NCBI GenBank assembly: GCA_051382295.1
Contig: JBBCAW010000071.1
Location: 1 to 15,093 of the forward strand
Reading direction: 5' to 3'
Source of the DNA: Bdellovibrionota bacterium FG-1
GTDB lineage: Bacteria; Bdellovibrionota; UBA1018
Length of the DNA stretch: 15,093 nucleotides
Below are positions 1 through 8,448 of the stretch, one piece after another. A program made the translations under genes and the position numbers. How positions within the stretch are numbered: position 1 is the first letter of the stretch; each line of letters starts with the position of its first letter. Under the pieces are notes generated by a model. The model was not told where the DNA came from. It did not search any database and worked only from the letters and a program-made list of their open reading frames with translations.

Positions 1-103
1 CTATATTGCGTCGTGGCCAAAATATGCCATTAAGTTGACATATTTGAAGGAGCGAACGGCTGCTCTGTGTCTCGCTGAATCGATGTTTTAAGACCTAGTT
101 CTG

Positions 104-890
104 TTAAGTTATTGTTGGGCGGCCGCTTAGCGATGTTTTCACGTACAAGCCATCCATCCACCCCAACGTGGCATGATAGAATTTGGTTTCGCTAGAGCCC
201 AAAACCTCCGCCCGCTCAAGCGCTGAATCGATGAGGCCGGGCTCAATTGCCCACGTCATGATGACCGCATGAGGGCTGATCACCGCGTCCCATTGTTCAA
301 GCAGTTTCGGGTCGAGGATATCCTGATTATCACTACTCACGAGATAGGGACTGCCCGATTTTCCGTTGTAGTCGTTCGCGAATTCACTGGCGGAGTGGCT
401 TGCCGGAAGGGGGAGGCCACGACGAATTCCTTCGTGGATCACGAAATCCAGATAGGATTGGTAGAATTCACGAAAACGGCTGGAATAAAGCTCTTCGTGT
501 AGTAGGAGCCGCGGCAGGAGCAGCTGGAAGGTACCGCCGTCCCAAAGGCCAAGGAGTGGCTTGCCATTCCAAAGAAAGACTTCTTTGCTGGAAGACGCGA
601 ATAATTTTTTCAGAAAATTCCGGTCGTTAACGAGGCCAAGCGCGTAGGCCACGGCATAGAGTGTTCGGCTTTCAGAACCGAAATACTGATAAGTCCAAGA
701 GTCCACCTTCCATTTGCCTTGAGGTTGCAAACGTAACCCACCGTGGAATAAGCCTGAATCGCGGTCGTAGAGTGAGCTGAACTGCATTCGCTGAAAGAGA
801 CGGCCTGCCAGCGTTCCTATTTGAGACTGCGGCATTTGACGCTGGATTGTCCAAAGCGCCAGCGCGAGGTGAATATTGTGGTCAGTTGGG
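104..890 (-). pseudogene. Internal fragment of a glycoamylase-domain / GH144-like (beta-1,2-glucan active) glycoside hydrolase
   Basis: ORF 104..835 has RMQFSSLYD-x3-GLFHGG, YQYFGSESR and LWDGGTFQLLLP, resembling the glycoamylase domain of NdvB/GH144-type proteins (MDFxFLYD...LASEAR...SWxGSMF). The same frame stays open upstream of the ATG (PTDHNIHLALALWTIQRQ). It ends at GRPTIT* without the usual C-terminal LDQGM-like motif, so it appears truncated at both ends. Confidence 0.6.
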
Positions 891-1422
891 TCTCCGACTG
901 AAGTAAATGTCGTGTTTGAGACATTCCAGTTTGAAGGATGACCAATTCACCGACATTGTTCATCAGTTTATCGATGCGACTGAGCGCGACTCGAATAAAG
1001 TCGTCGGAGGTTGTCGGCGTCTTGGCGTGAAGCGCCGGTCTCGGACTCGTGGGCATAGAGTTTTGGGTGAGCGCATCCTCGTGGACATTCTCAGACATAT
1101 TTTGGCGCAGACGGGTCACGGCTGTTTTAAGGAAATCACTTCATTGCAGAAGCGTACTCACCATTTGTGCTTGAATGGTACAGCCCCCGTTTTTAATTTT
1201 GAGGATCGCGGACTCCAGTTTGTGGGTAAATTTTGACAGGTCCTCAAAACCAACGGCGCCGGCAGATCCCTTCATGTTGTGGGCAAGGCGGAGAATCTGA
1301 TCGATGATAGTCGGGTCATCGTGGGCTTTCTCCAAATTGAGAAAGCACTGTTCGGTGTTTTCTAGAAGCTCCTTGGCTTCATCGAGAAAACAATTGCACA
1401 TTTCCGGATCAAGATCGGCCAC
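817..1422 (-). pseudogene. cheA: Chemotaxis histidine kinase CheA, 5' remnant (Hpt + dimerisation domain) with an in-frame stop
   Basis: AGGAG RBS, then GTG at 1422. Hpt domain FLDEAKELLE...ILRLAHNMKGSAGAVGF. TGA at 1141-1143 is followed in the same frame by SDFLKTAVTRL...DDFIRVALSRIDKLMNNVGELVILQT (CheA dimerisation motif). No HATPase or CheW domain follows. Confidence 0.88.
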
Positions 1423-1440
1423 GTTTGCTCCTGTCACTAA

Positions 1441-1468
1441 CAATCGGGCGGCAATTGGCAAAACTTGA
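1441..1468 (-). promoter_or_regulatory. Possible sigma28 (FliA)-type promoter of cheA
   Basis: TCAAG-N15-CCCGATTG on the - strand just upstream of the cheA RBS; an imperfect match to TCAAG/TAAA...GCCGATAA. Confidence 0.3.
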
Positions 1469-1591
1469 GGGGGTGTCTTGGATTTCTTAAAAGGTTCCGT
1501 ATACTTATGGTGCCGTAACATATTTTGCACCGAACGAAATACCCGCTCGGGGACAAAAAATTGACTAAGATGTCGTTGGGCTAAATCCGAT

Positions 1592-1640
1592 TTTATGTCA
1601 TGTTTGACATAAACCGAGCTATATGACAGAATAGTCATAT
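1592..1640 (+). promoter_or_regulatory. sigma70 promoter overlapped by two palindromic operators; predicted leaderless transcript
   Basis: TTGACA (1604-1609), 17 bp, TGn-CAGAAT (1627-1632), 6 bp, ATG (1639); no SD. Inverted repeats TTTATGTCA-N4-TGACATAAA (1592-1613) and ATATGAC-N6-GTCATAT (1621-1640). Confidence 0.75.
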
Positions 1641-2073
1641 GTCGATACCGGGCCTCAATAAAAATGGCGAACTTCCCCCAGGGGAACATTCTGCGACCCT
1701 TCAGGAGTTGGAGGAGGCTTTTGGAAAGAGTACGCCTAAACGCCAGGAGCTGGTTCAAAAGTTAAAGTTGGCTTTATCTAATTTTAAAGCGGCAAAAGTC
1801 CCAAAAATATGGGTTAACGGGAGCTTTACGACCACAAAATCCGACCCCGCCGATATTGATGGGGCATGGGACTTCGACCAACAAACCGACATCACTCAGC
1901 TTGATCCTGTGTTTTTGGATGCAAACGGTACGGATGCGCAGAAACATAAATACGGCCTAGATTTTTATCCGAATGTGATCGAAATGGGCTCGGGACTGCC
2001 CTTTCCAGGCTTTTTTCAAACGAACCGAAGCGGCGAACCCAAAGGAATTTTGGTTATAAAGGTGCACCCATGA
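1639..2073 (+). CDS. DUF6932-like polymerase-beta-fold nucleotidyltransferase (candidate toxin)
   Basis: N-terminal IPxLNxNGxLPPGxH and the NTase signature WVNGSFTTxKxxPxDID, with a third acidic residue in GLDFY; 144 aa. Confidence 0.75.
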   Translation: MSIPGLNKNGELPPGEHSATLQELEEAFGKSTPKRQELVQKLKLALSNFKAAKVPKIWVNGSFTTTKSDPADIDGAWDFDQQTDITQLDPVFLDANGTDAQKHKYGLDFYPNVIEMGSGLPFPGFFQTNRSGEPKGILVIKVHP

Positions 2074-2585
2074 TTACCAGTGAACGACAGTACAAAGTGG
2101 CCCAAGAGAAATTAACCCTACTGCGAGAGGCCCTCTCGGCTCCGATTAAGCCAGGGGTTCCAGAGATCTTAGTAAAGGCCGCACGGGGGCAAACTCAACA
2201 ACTCGCCGAAAAGGTGGGAAATGAAATCTCCGACTACGAGAAGCTCAAAAATGGAGCGGTTGATGAAATCCTCGTAAACAATGTCGCTGAAATCTATACA
2301 GCGCCCATCCGGTTTCGAATCGCAAAAGGCTGGACGCTCGAACAGTTTGGGAAGTTTTTAAAAAAAGACTGGAGACAAATTCTCCGTTACGAGCAGGAGG
2401 AATATCAAAACGCGACGACCAGTACGCTGAAGGAAATTCTTGAGCACATGCATCTTGCGGTTCAGGGAAGAGTTGAGGTCAGATCCAAGGCCGCACCGCA
2501 CTCACCTGAAAAGCGTCTGCGCACGAAGCCTCGCGCGGGTAGTGCGGTTCCAAAACGGTGCAAAAATAAATCCGCCGCAAGGTGA
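2070..2585 (+). CDS. XRE-family HTH protein (HigA-like candidate antitoxin)
   Basis: ATGA overlap with the upstream gene. MITSERQY N-terminal helix; XRE HTH IRFRIAKGWTLEQFGKFL...QILRYEQEEYQNATTSTLKEI; basic C-terminal tail. Confidence 0.8.
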   Translation: MITSERQYKVAQEKLTLLREALSAPIKPGVPEILVKAARGQTQQLAEKVGNEISDYEKLKNGAVDEILVNNVAEIYTAPIRFRIAKGWTLEQFGKFLKKDWRQILRYEQEEYQNATTSTLKEILEHMHLAVQGRVEVRSKAAPHSPEKRLRTKPRAGSAVPKRCKNKSAAR

Positions 2586-2666
2586 GACGGTCTTGTTCCC
2601 TCTGAGAGTATCAGCGAAACTAACCACTATTTCCTTAGTTAGGAATATTGCGTCAGTTTGAAAGTA

Positions 2667-2695
2667 TTGAGAAATTTCGATTTACTACTTAAAAC
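2667..2695 (+). promoter_or_regulatory. Candidate sigma70 promoter of the pyrimidine catabolic operon
   Basis: TTGAGA (2667-2672), 17 bp, TAAAAC (2690-2695) in an AT-rich stretch; the -10 lacks the final T. Confidence 0.35.
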
Positions 2696-2876
2696 CTAGG
2701 CAGGGGGACCCGTTTTTAAAGATCTGTTTTGTTCGGAACACTGGAGGAAACGCCGTCTTTGTACGAGTACAATCCCTTGCCGGAGTTGCAGGCCGTAACC
2801 GGTTCATGGTGCAATGCATTGTTTTTCGCGCGTTCATCTCGAATAAAAATTTGTCGAGTCCAGTGGTTTTCGGTAG

Positions 2877-2913
2877 AGTCTGGCCTTTCGTGAACGAGAG
2901 GGGAAACCAGACT
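2877..2913 (+). promoter_or_regulatory. RBS-sequestering hairpin immediately before the operon's first start codon
   Basis: AGTCTGG(2877-2883)/CCAGACT(2907-2913) stacked on CCTTTCG(2884-2890)-TGAA-CGAGAGG(2895-2901), with a GGAAA bulge. The SD (GAGAGGGG) lies largely in the 3' arm and ATG follows at 2914. Confidence 0.6.
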
Positions 2914-4371
2914 ATGATTCGAGATTATATTGACGGCAAATGGGTTCAATCATCCGGCAAGACGTTTGTGCCGGTGATCAATCCGGCGAATGGCCAGGAA
3001 CTCGGTTCTTGCCCGCTCGGAACGGCGGGTGATGTCGATCGCGCGGTTAAGGCTGCCCACGTTGCCTTTCAGGAGTGGAAGCAAGTCCCGGTGATCGAAC
3101 GCATCCAGTACCTTTTTAAACTCAAGCCGCTGCTTGAGCAAAATCTTGAAGAGCTCGCGAAAATCATCACGCTTGAGCATGGTAAGACACTCGCGGAATC
3201 ACGCGCCAGCGTGCGCCGTGCGGTTCAAATGGTGGAGACCGCCACGGGTATGCCCTCGTTTCAGATGGGTGAATTTCTTGAAAATATCGCGCGGGGTATT
3301 GATTGTACGACGATCAAGCGGCCGCTTGGCGTTTTTGCTGGCATCGCGCCCTTTAATTTCCCGATCATGGTTCCGTTCTGGTTTTGGCCGTTTGCCGTAG
3401 CCTCGGGCAATACCTTTGTGTTGAAGCCGAGTGAACGCGTGCCGCTCACCCATCAGCTGATTTTTGATCTGATTGAAAAAACCGGCCTCCCCAAAGGCGT
3501 CATGAATCTCGTTCATGGCGGCAAGGAGGTCGTTACGGCCCTTTGCACTCATCCTGACGTCAAGGGAACTTGCTTTGTAGGGTCGACACCGGTTGCGAAG
3601 TACGTTTATGCTACATCGGCTGCGCACGGAAAACGTTCGCAGGCTCTCGGGGGTGCCAAGAATTTTATGGTGGTGTTGCCTGACGCCGTTATGGACAAAG
3701 CGGTCAGTACTGCGCTCGAGTCGGTGATCGGTTGTGCAGGCGAGCGTTGTCTTGCGGGTTCAGTGCTGGTTTGCGTGGGTGATGATACCTATGCTCAGGT
3801 CAAAGAGCGGATGGTGGCGGTTGCGGCGGATGTTTCGGTGGGCGATGGTCTGGATCCCCGTGTGCAGATGGGGCCGGTCATCTCTCAAGAAGCGAAAGAC
3901 CGCATCAAGGGCTTGATTCAGTCTGCCATCGACGAAGGCGCAAAACTGCTGCTTGATGGTCGCAAGAACGTGGATCAGTTGCCGGGTTATTTCTTGAAAC
4001 CGACGGTGATCAGCGACGTGACCGAAAATATGCGAGTCGCGAAGGAAGAGATTTTTGGTCCCGTGATTTTACTGGCCAAAGCCAAGACCTTTGACGAAGC
4101 GATCGCGTGGATCAATCGCAGTCCCTTTGCGAACACCACGACGCTTTTCACGTCGAGTGGTCCGGCCACCCGAAAATTTTGCAACGAAGTCGATCCCAGC
4201 ATGATCGGCATTAATATCGGCGTGCCCGCGCCGATGTCTTTTTTTAGCTTCGGCGGGATGAAAGATTCTTTCTTGGGTGACATCAAGGCCCATGGCGCCG
4301 GCGCGGTCGACTTCTTCACGGATAAAAAAATCATCACGCAGCGCTGGATGGCGGATTCCACCGTCTGGTGA
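2914..4371 (+). CDS. mmsA: CoA-acylating methylmalonate/malonate-semialdehyde dehydrogenase
   Basis: ALDH6-type motifs PFNFPIMVP, LKPSERVP, FVGSTPVA, QALGGAKN, GCAGERCLA (catalytic Cys), EEIFGPV, GINIGVPAP. Start placed at ATG 2914 after the GAGAGGGG SD, not at 2806. Confidence 0.93.
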   Translation: MIRDYIDGKWVQSSGKTFVPVINPANGQELGSCPLGTAGDVDRAVKAAHVAFQEWKQVPVIERIQYLFKLKPLLEQNLEELAKIITLEHGKTLAESRASVRRAVQMVETATGMPSFQMGEFLENIARGIDCTTIKRPLGVFAGIAPFNFPIMVPFWFWPFAVASGNTFVLKPSERVPLTHQLIFDLIEKTGLPKGVMNLVHGGKEVVTALCTHPDVKGTCFVGSTPVAKYVYATSAAHGKRSQALGGAKNFMVVLPDAVMDKAVSTALESVIGCAGERCLAGSVLVCVGDDTYAQVKERMVAVAADVSVGDGLDPRVQMGPVISQEAKDRIKGLIQSAIDEGAKLLLDGRKNVDQLPGYFLKPTVISDVTENMRVAKEEIFGPVILLAKAKTFDEAIAWINRSPFANTTTLFTSSGPATRKFCNEVDPSMIGINIGVPAPMSFFSFGGMKDSFLGDIKAHGAGAVDFFTDKKIITQRWMADSTVW

Positions 4372-4398
4372 GTGGCGAGAAAAAAGGGGAAAGCAATC

Positions 4399-5787
4399 AT
4401 GGGCACACTGCTGATTAAAAATGGCACGGTCGTGACAGCCTCGGATCATTATCAGGCTGATGTTTATATCGAGGGCGAGACGGTTCATACGATCGGCAAG
4501 GGGCTCAAGCTCAAGGCCGATCGTGAGATCGACGCCAGCGGTTGTTATCTTTTTCCGGGTGGCATCGATGCGCACACGCATATGGAACTGCCCTTTATGG
4601 GCACGTTTTCAAGCGATGACTTCGAAAGCGGAACCCTCGCGGCACTTCATGGCGGCACGACCACCATCATCGATTTTGCGATGCAGTCCCGGGGCGAGTC
4701 GCTGCAGGCGGCACTCAGCAAGTGGCACGAAAAGGCCGGTGGAAAAGCGGTGGGCGATTATGCCTTCCATATTGCCGTCACGGATTTCAATGAATCCACG
4801 CGTCAGGAGATCAAAGACCTCGTTGCAAAACAGGGCGTGAGTTCGTTTAAGACTTTTATGGCCTATAAGGGCGCGCTTATGATCGATGACCGCCAGCTCC
4901 TTGGGCTGATGAACGAAACCAAGAAGTGGGGGGCGCTCGTCACGACTCACGCTGAAAACGGCGATCTGGTCGACACACTCGTGGCCGAGAACCGCGCTAA
5001 GGGAAATCTCACGCCGGAATTCCATCCCCTTTCGCGTCCACCGATCTGCGAGGCAGAGGCTACCGGGCGGGCGCTTGATCTTGCTCATGCAGGCGGTCAT
5101 CCGCTTTATATTGTGCACATGACTTGCGAAGAATCGCTTAACCGCGTGCGGGGTGCGACCCAGCGCAATCAGAAAGTTCATGTTGAGACTTGCGTGCAGT
5201 ATCTGCTTCTGGATGATTCGGTTTATCTCGAAAAGGACTTTGGCGGTTCCAAATACGTGATGAGTCCGCCGATTCGAAAAAAGAAGGATCAAGAAGCGCT
5301 TTGGAAAGGAATCGAGCAAAACCTCGTCGAAGTCGTCGCCACGGACCATTGTCCGTTTTGTATGGATCAGAAGCGCGTGGGACTCGGCGATTTTTCCAAA
5401 ATCCCGAATGGCGCGCCGGGCGTCGAAAATCGCATGGAGCTGATGTTTTCGGAAGGGGTGGCGAAGGGTCGCATCAGCCTGAATAAGTTTGTGGATATTA
5501 CGTCAACGGCTCCCGCGCGGATTTTTGGACTTACCCCTAAAAAGGGCACGATCGCGGTCGGTGCGGACGCGGATATCGTGGTTTTCGATCCGAAGGTCCG
5601 CCACACGATTTCGGCCAAGACCCATCATATGAAGTGCGACTATAGCGCTTATGAAGGCTGGCAGGTGCAGGGCAAATGCCGCACGACAGTTTTGCGGGGG
5701 ACGGTAGTGGTCGATGAGGGCAAGGCTCTGGTCGGCAAGGGTTTTGGAAAATACATCGCACGCGCCAAACGTGGCGCACTTCTATAA
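4399..5787 (+). CDS. hydA: Dihydropyrimidinase (PydB/HydA)
   Basis: PGGIDAHTH, SFKTFMAYK (carboxylated Lys), HAENG, YIVHMT, ATDHCPF, IPNGAPGVENR. Start at ATG 4399 after AAGGGG. Confidence 0.95.
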   Translation: MGTLLIKNGTVVTASDHYQADVYIEGETVHTIGKGLKLKADREIDASGCYLFPGGIDAHTHMELPFMGTFSSDDFESGTLAALHGGTTTIIDFAMQSRGESLQAALSKWHEKAGGKAVGDYAFHIAVTDFNESTRQEIKDLVAKQGVSSFKTFMAYKGALMIDDRQLLGLMNETKKWGALVTTHAENGDLVDTLVAENRAKGNLTPEFHPLSRPPICEAEATGRALDLAHAGGHPLYIVHMTCEESLNRVRGATQRNQKVHVETCVQYLLLDDSVYLEKDFGGSKYVMSPPIRKKKDQEALWKGIEQNLVEVVATDHCPFCMDQKRVGLGDFSKIPNGAPGVENRMELMFSEGVAKGRISLNKFVDITSTAPARIFGLTPKKGTIAVGADADIVVFDPKVRHTISAKTHHMKCDYSAYEGWQVQGKCRTTVLRGTVVVDEGKALVGKGFGKYIARAKRGALL

Positions 5788-5815
5788 ATAGTCTAATCAG
5801 AGTACGGGAGCACGT

Positions 5816-7144
5816 ATGAGCCACGACAAAATTCGCACAAACGAGGAGCTGGTCTCCTTTCGGAAAAAGCATTTTCTTCCTACGGCCGGCCTTTATCACC
5901 AAGAACCGATTCACTTGGTCAAGGCGCAGGGCCAGTATGTCTGGGATACGGACGGAAAACGCTATCTTGATGCGATCGGCGGGATCGTTTGTATTTCGGT
6001 GGGACACAACCATCCTAAGATCAAGAAGGCCCTAGTTAAGATGCTGGAGGCCGACACCCTTCAGCACACGAGCTTGCTCTATTTGAGCGAACCCGTGGTG
6101 GAAGCCGCAGAGTCACTCCTCAAAGAGGCTCCGACCGGGCTTGACCGCGTGTCATTTACTAATTCCGGCTCAGAGGCAAACGAGTTGGCCATTATGGCGG
6201 CGAGAAATGCCACGGGCGAAACGACTGTCGTTAATCTCCGGCATTCTTATCATGGCGGCACTTCGGGCACCTTGGCTCAGTGTGGACACGCGAGCTGGCG
6301 TTTTCGTGCGCAACCCGTTGCCAACGCCACGTCCGCGATGGAACCGAATTGCTATCGCTGTCCATTTGGGCAGAAACTCGCAAGTTGTGCCTTGGAGTGC
6401 GCCAAGAACGTCGAAACGACGATTCAAACGTCGACGCACGGTAAAATCGCGGCTTTCATCGCGGAACCCGTGATGGGGGTCGGTGGCTTCATTGCGCCGC
6501 CAGATGATTATTTTAAGACTGTGTCCAAGATCGTTCAGAACTACGGGGGCAAGTACATCAGCGACGAGGTCCAAACGGGTGCCGGCCGGTGTGGGGGTCG
6601 ATTTTTGCTCACGACCGAACTGGGCTTTGAAGTCGATATGGTCACGATGGCCAAGGGCTTTGGCAATGGCGCCGCCGTCGGCGCGGTGCTCATGAAGACC
6701 GAGGTCGCCGAAAAAATGTCGGGCAAAGCCTACTTTAATACCTTTGCAGGCGATCCCTATCAGATGATGCAGACCAAACTCACGATGGACATCATCCGAG
6801 AAGAGAAATTAATCGAAAACGCGCGGGCGATGGGGGCGATTCTTCGTGATGGACTCACGCAGATGATGAAAAAGCATCTGCTCATGGGCGATGTGCGTGG
6901 ACGCGGACTTCTTCTTGGGGTGGAACTCGTCAAGGACCGCAATACCAAGGTCCATGCCACCGCCGAGTGCGTGCGATTCATGGATTTGTGCAAAGAGCGA
7001 GGCTTATTGCTGGGTAAGGGTGGACTCATGGGCAATGTCGTGCGCATCGCCCCGCCGATCTCGATCAATCAAGAACAGATCCATTCGATGCTGGAAATCA
7101 TGGATCAGTCCTTCAGTGCACTGGAGAAGGAGCGCCACTCATGA
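5816..7144 (+). CDS. Class III PLP aminotransferase, AGXT2/PYD4-like; probable beta-alanine/3-aminoisobutyrate transaminase
   Basis: NSGSEAN, SYHG, FIAEPVMGVGG, ISDEVQTGAGR, VTMAKGFGNG (PLP Lys), FNTFAG, DVRGRGL. Substrate inferred from gene context. Confidence 0.88.
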   Translation: MSHDKIRTNEELVSFRKKHFLPTAGLYHQEPIHLVKAQGQYVWDTDGKRYLDAIGGIVCISVGHNHPKIKKALVKMLEADTLQHTSLLYLSEPVVEAAESLLKEAPTGLDRVSFTNSGSEANELAIMAARNATGETTVVNLRHSYHGGTSGTLAQCGHASWRFRAQPVANATSAMEPNCYRCPFGQKLASCALECAKNVETTIQTSTHGKIAAFIAEPVMGVGGFIAPPDDYFKTVSKIVQNYGGKYISDEVQTGAGRCGGRFLLTTELGFEVDMVTMAKGFGNGAAVGAVLMKTEVAEKMSGKAYFNTFAGDPYQMMQTKLTMDIIREEKLIENARAMGAILRDGLTQMMKKHLLMGDVRGRGLLLGVELVKDRNTKVHATAECVRFMDLCKERGLLLGKGGLMGNVVRIAPPISINQEQIHSMLEIMDQSFSALEKERHS

Positions 7145-8448
7145 GTCAGGGAGTGACTCATGACATCTTCTGTGCGCTCCAACCGCCGCTCAATCTTAAA
7201 CAGGCGCAGATCGAGGCCAGTCGTTGCTATTATTGTTACGACGCCCCTTGTATTCAAGCTTGTCCGACGCAAATTGATATTCCGAGCTTTATCCGGAAAA
7301 TTTCTAACGGAAATTTGAAGGGGGCGGCGCTCGATATTTTGAGTGCGAATATCATGGGTGGCACTTGCGCGCGTGTGTGTCCGGTCGAGACCTTGTGTCA
7401 AAAAGCATGTGTCCGCGAGAAACCCGAGCAAAAGCCGGTCGAAATTGGCCGGCTTCAGCAGTTTGCCACCGATGAATTCAGGAAGACGGGCGAACAACCT
7501 TTCCAGCGCGGCAAACCCAACGGCCTTAAAGTGGCGGTAGTGGGGGCGGGGCCCGCGGGCTTATCGTGCGCGCATCGCTTGGCGATGTTGGGTTATGAAG
7601 TGACGGTTTTTGAGGCAAAAAACAAGGCGGGCGGCCTCAATGAGTATGGACTTGCGCCTTACAAGATGACTGACGGGTTCGCGCAGCGCGAGGTTCAGTT
7701 CATTCTCGGCGTGGGCGGTATTGAGCTTCAACACGGACGGGCCCTGGGGCGTGATTTCACCCTGGCTGAACTCAAGGCCAAGTATGCGGCGGTTTTTCTT
7801 GGGATAGGGTTGGGCGGGGTCAACGCGCTCGGCGTGCCTGGCGAAGACCTGCCTGGAGTCTATGACGCCGCCAAAGTCATCGAGCTGATTCGGCAAGCTC
7901 AAGACCTTGCCAGTGTCCCGGTGGGCCGCAATGTGGTTGTGATTGGGGGTGGAAATACCGCCGTGGATATCGCGATTCAGATGAAACGCCTCGGAGCCGA
8001 AAACGTGACGATGGTTTACCGTCGGGGCGTTGAGCAGATGGGGGCTACCCGACATGAGCAGGAGCTGGCCCAAAAAAATGGCGTTTTGATCAAGACTTGG
8101 GTAAAGCCCGCGCGCCTGGTCGGGGATTCAACTGGGGTGAGTGCGGCTGAATTTGAATTCACTGAACTGGGTGCTGACGGCAAACTTCGGGGAACAGGGC
8201 GGTTTGTTTCGTTTCACGCTGATCAGGTTTTCAAAGCGATCGGTCAAACCCTGGTGTGTGAGTCTTTCAGTGGAAAAACCGGGAAGATCGAGGTCACCGA
8301 AGAGTTCGAGACGACGATCCCAGGTGTTTACGCGGGTGGCGACTGCGTCGCGGCTGGCGAAGATCTGACCGTGACGTCGGTTCAGCAGGGCAAACTTGCC
8401 GCGCTTTCGATACATAAGAAGTTGGGAGAAAAGAAGGCCCATGGCTGA
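7141..8448 (+). CDS. preT: Dihydropyrimidine dehydrogenase subunit PreT (GltD-like FAD/Fe-S)
   Basis: EASRCYYCYDAPCIQACP, CARVCPVETLC, VVGAGPAG, VIGGGNTAVD, VYAGGD; ATGA overlap with the upstream gene; adjacent to preA. Confidence 0.92.
   Translation: MSQGVTHDIFCALQPPLNLKQAQIEASRCYYCYDAPCIQACPTQIDIPSFIRKISNGNLKGAALDILSANIMGGTCARVCPVETLCQKACVREKPEQKPVEIGRLQQFATDEFRKTGEQPFQRGKPNGLKVAVVGAGPAGLSCAHRLAMLGYEVTVFEAKNKAGGLNEYGLAPYKMTDGFAQREVQFILGVGGIELQHGRALGRDFTLAELKAKYAAVFLGIGLGGVNALGVPGEDLPGVYDAAKVIELIRQAQDLASVPVGRNVVVIGGGNTAVDIAIQMKRLGAENVTMVYRRGVEQMGATRHEQELAQKNGVLIKTWVKPARLVGDSTGVSAAEFEFTELGADGKLRGTGRFVSFHADQVFKAIGQTLVCESFSGKTGKIEVTEEFETTIPGVYAGGDCVAAGEDLTVTSVQQGKLAALSIHKKLGEKKAHG

Noticed and set aside
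73..233. 13-bp direct repeat CGCTGAATCGATG at 73-85 and 221-233
   Set aside because: One or two 13-mer repeats are expected by chance in 15 kb, and it does not line up with a feature boundary.
1423..1758. N-terminal extension of ORF 1141..1758
   Set aside because: It runs antisense through the NTase gene and its promoter; Hpt similarity and an AGGAG RBS place the real start at GTG 1422.
2807..2822. Possible sigma54 promoter TGGTGCAATGCATTGT
   Set aside because: The required GG-N10-GC spacing is not met; only a 10-bp palindrome, CAATGCATTG, remains.
2806..2913. Longer ORF-track starts for mmsA (2806), and likewise hydA (4372) and preA (8396)
   Set aside because: SD positions and family N-termini support 2914, 4399 and 8441.
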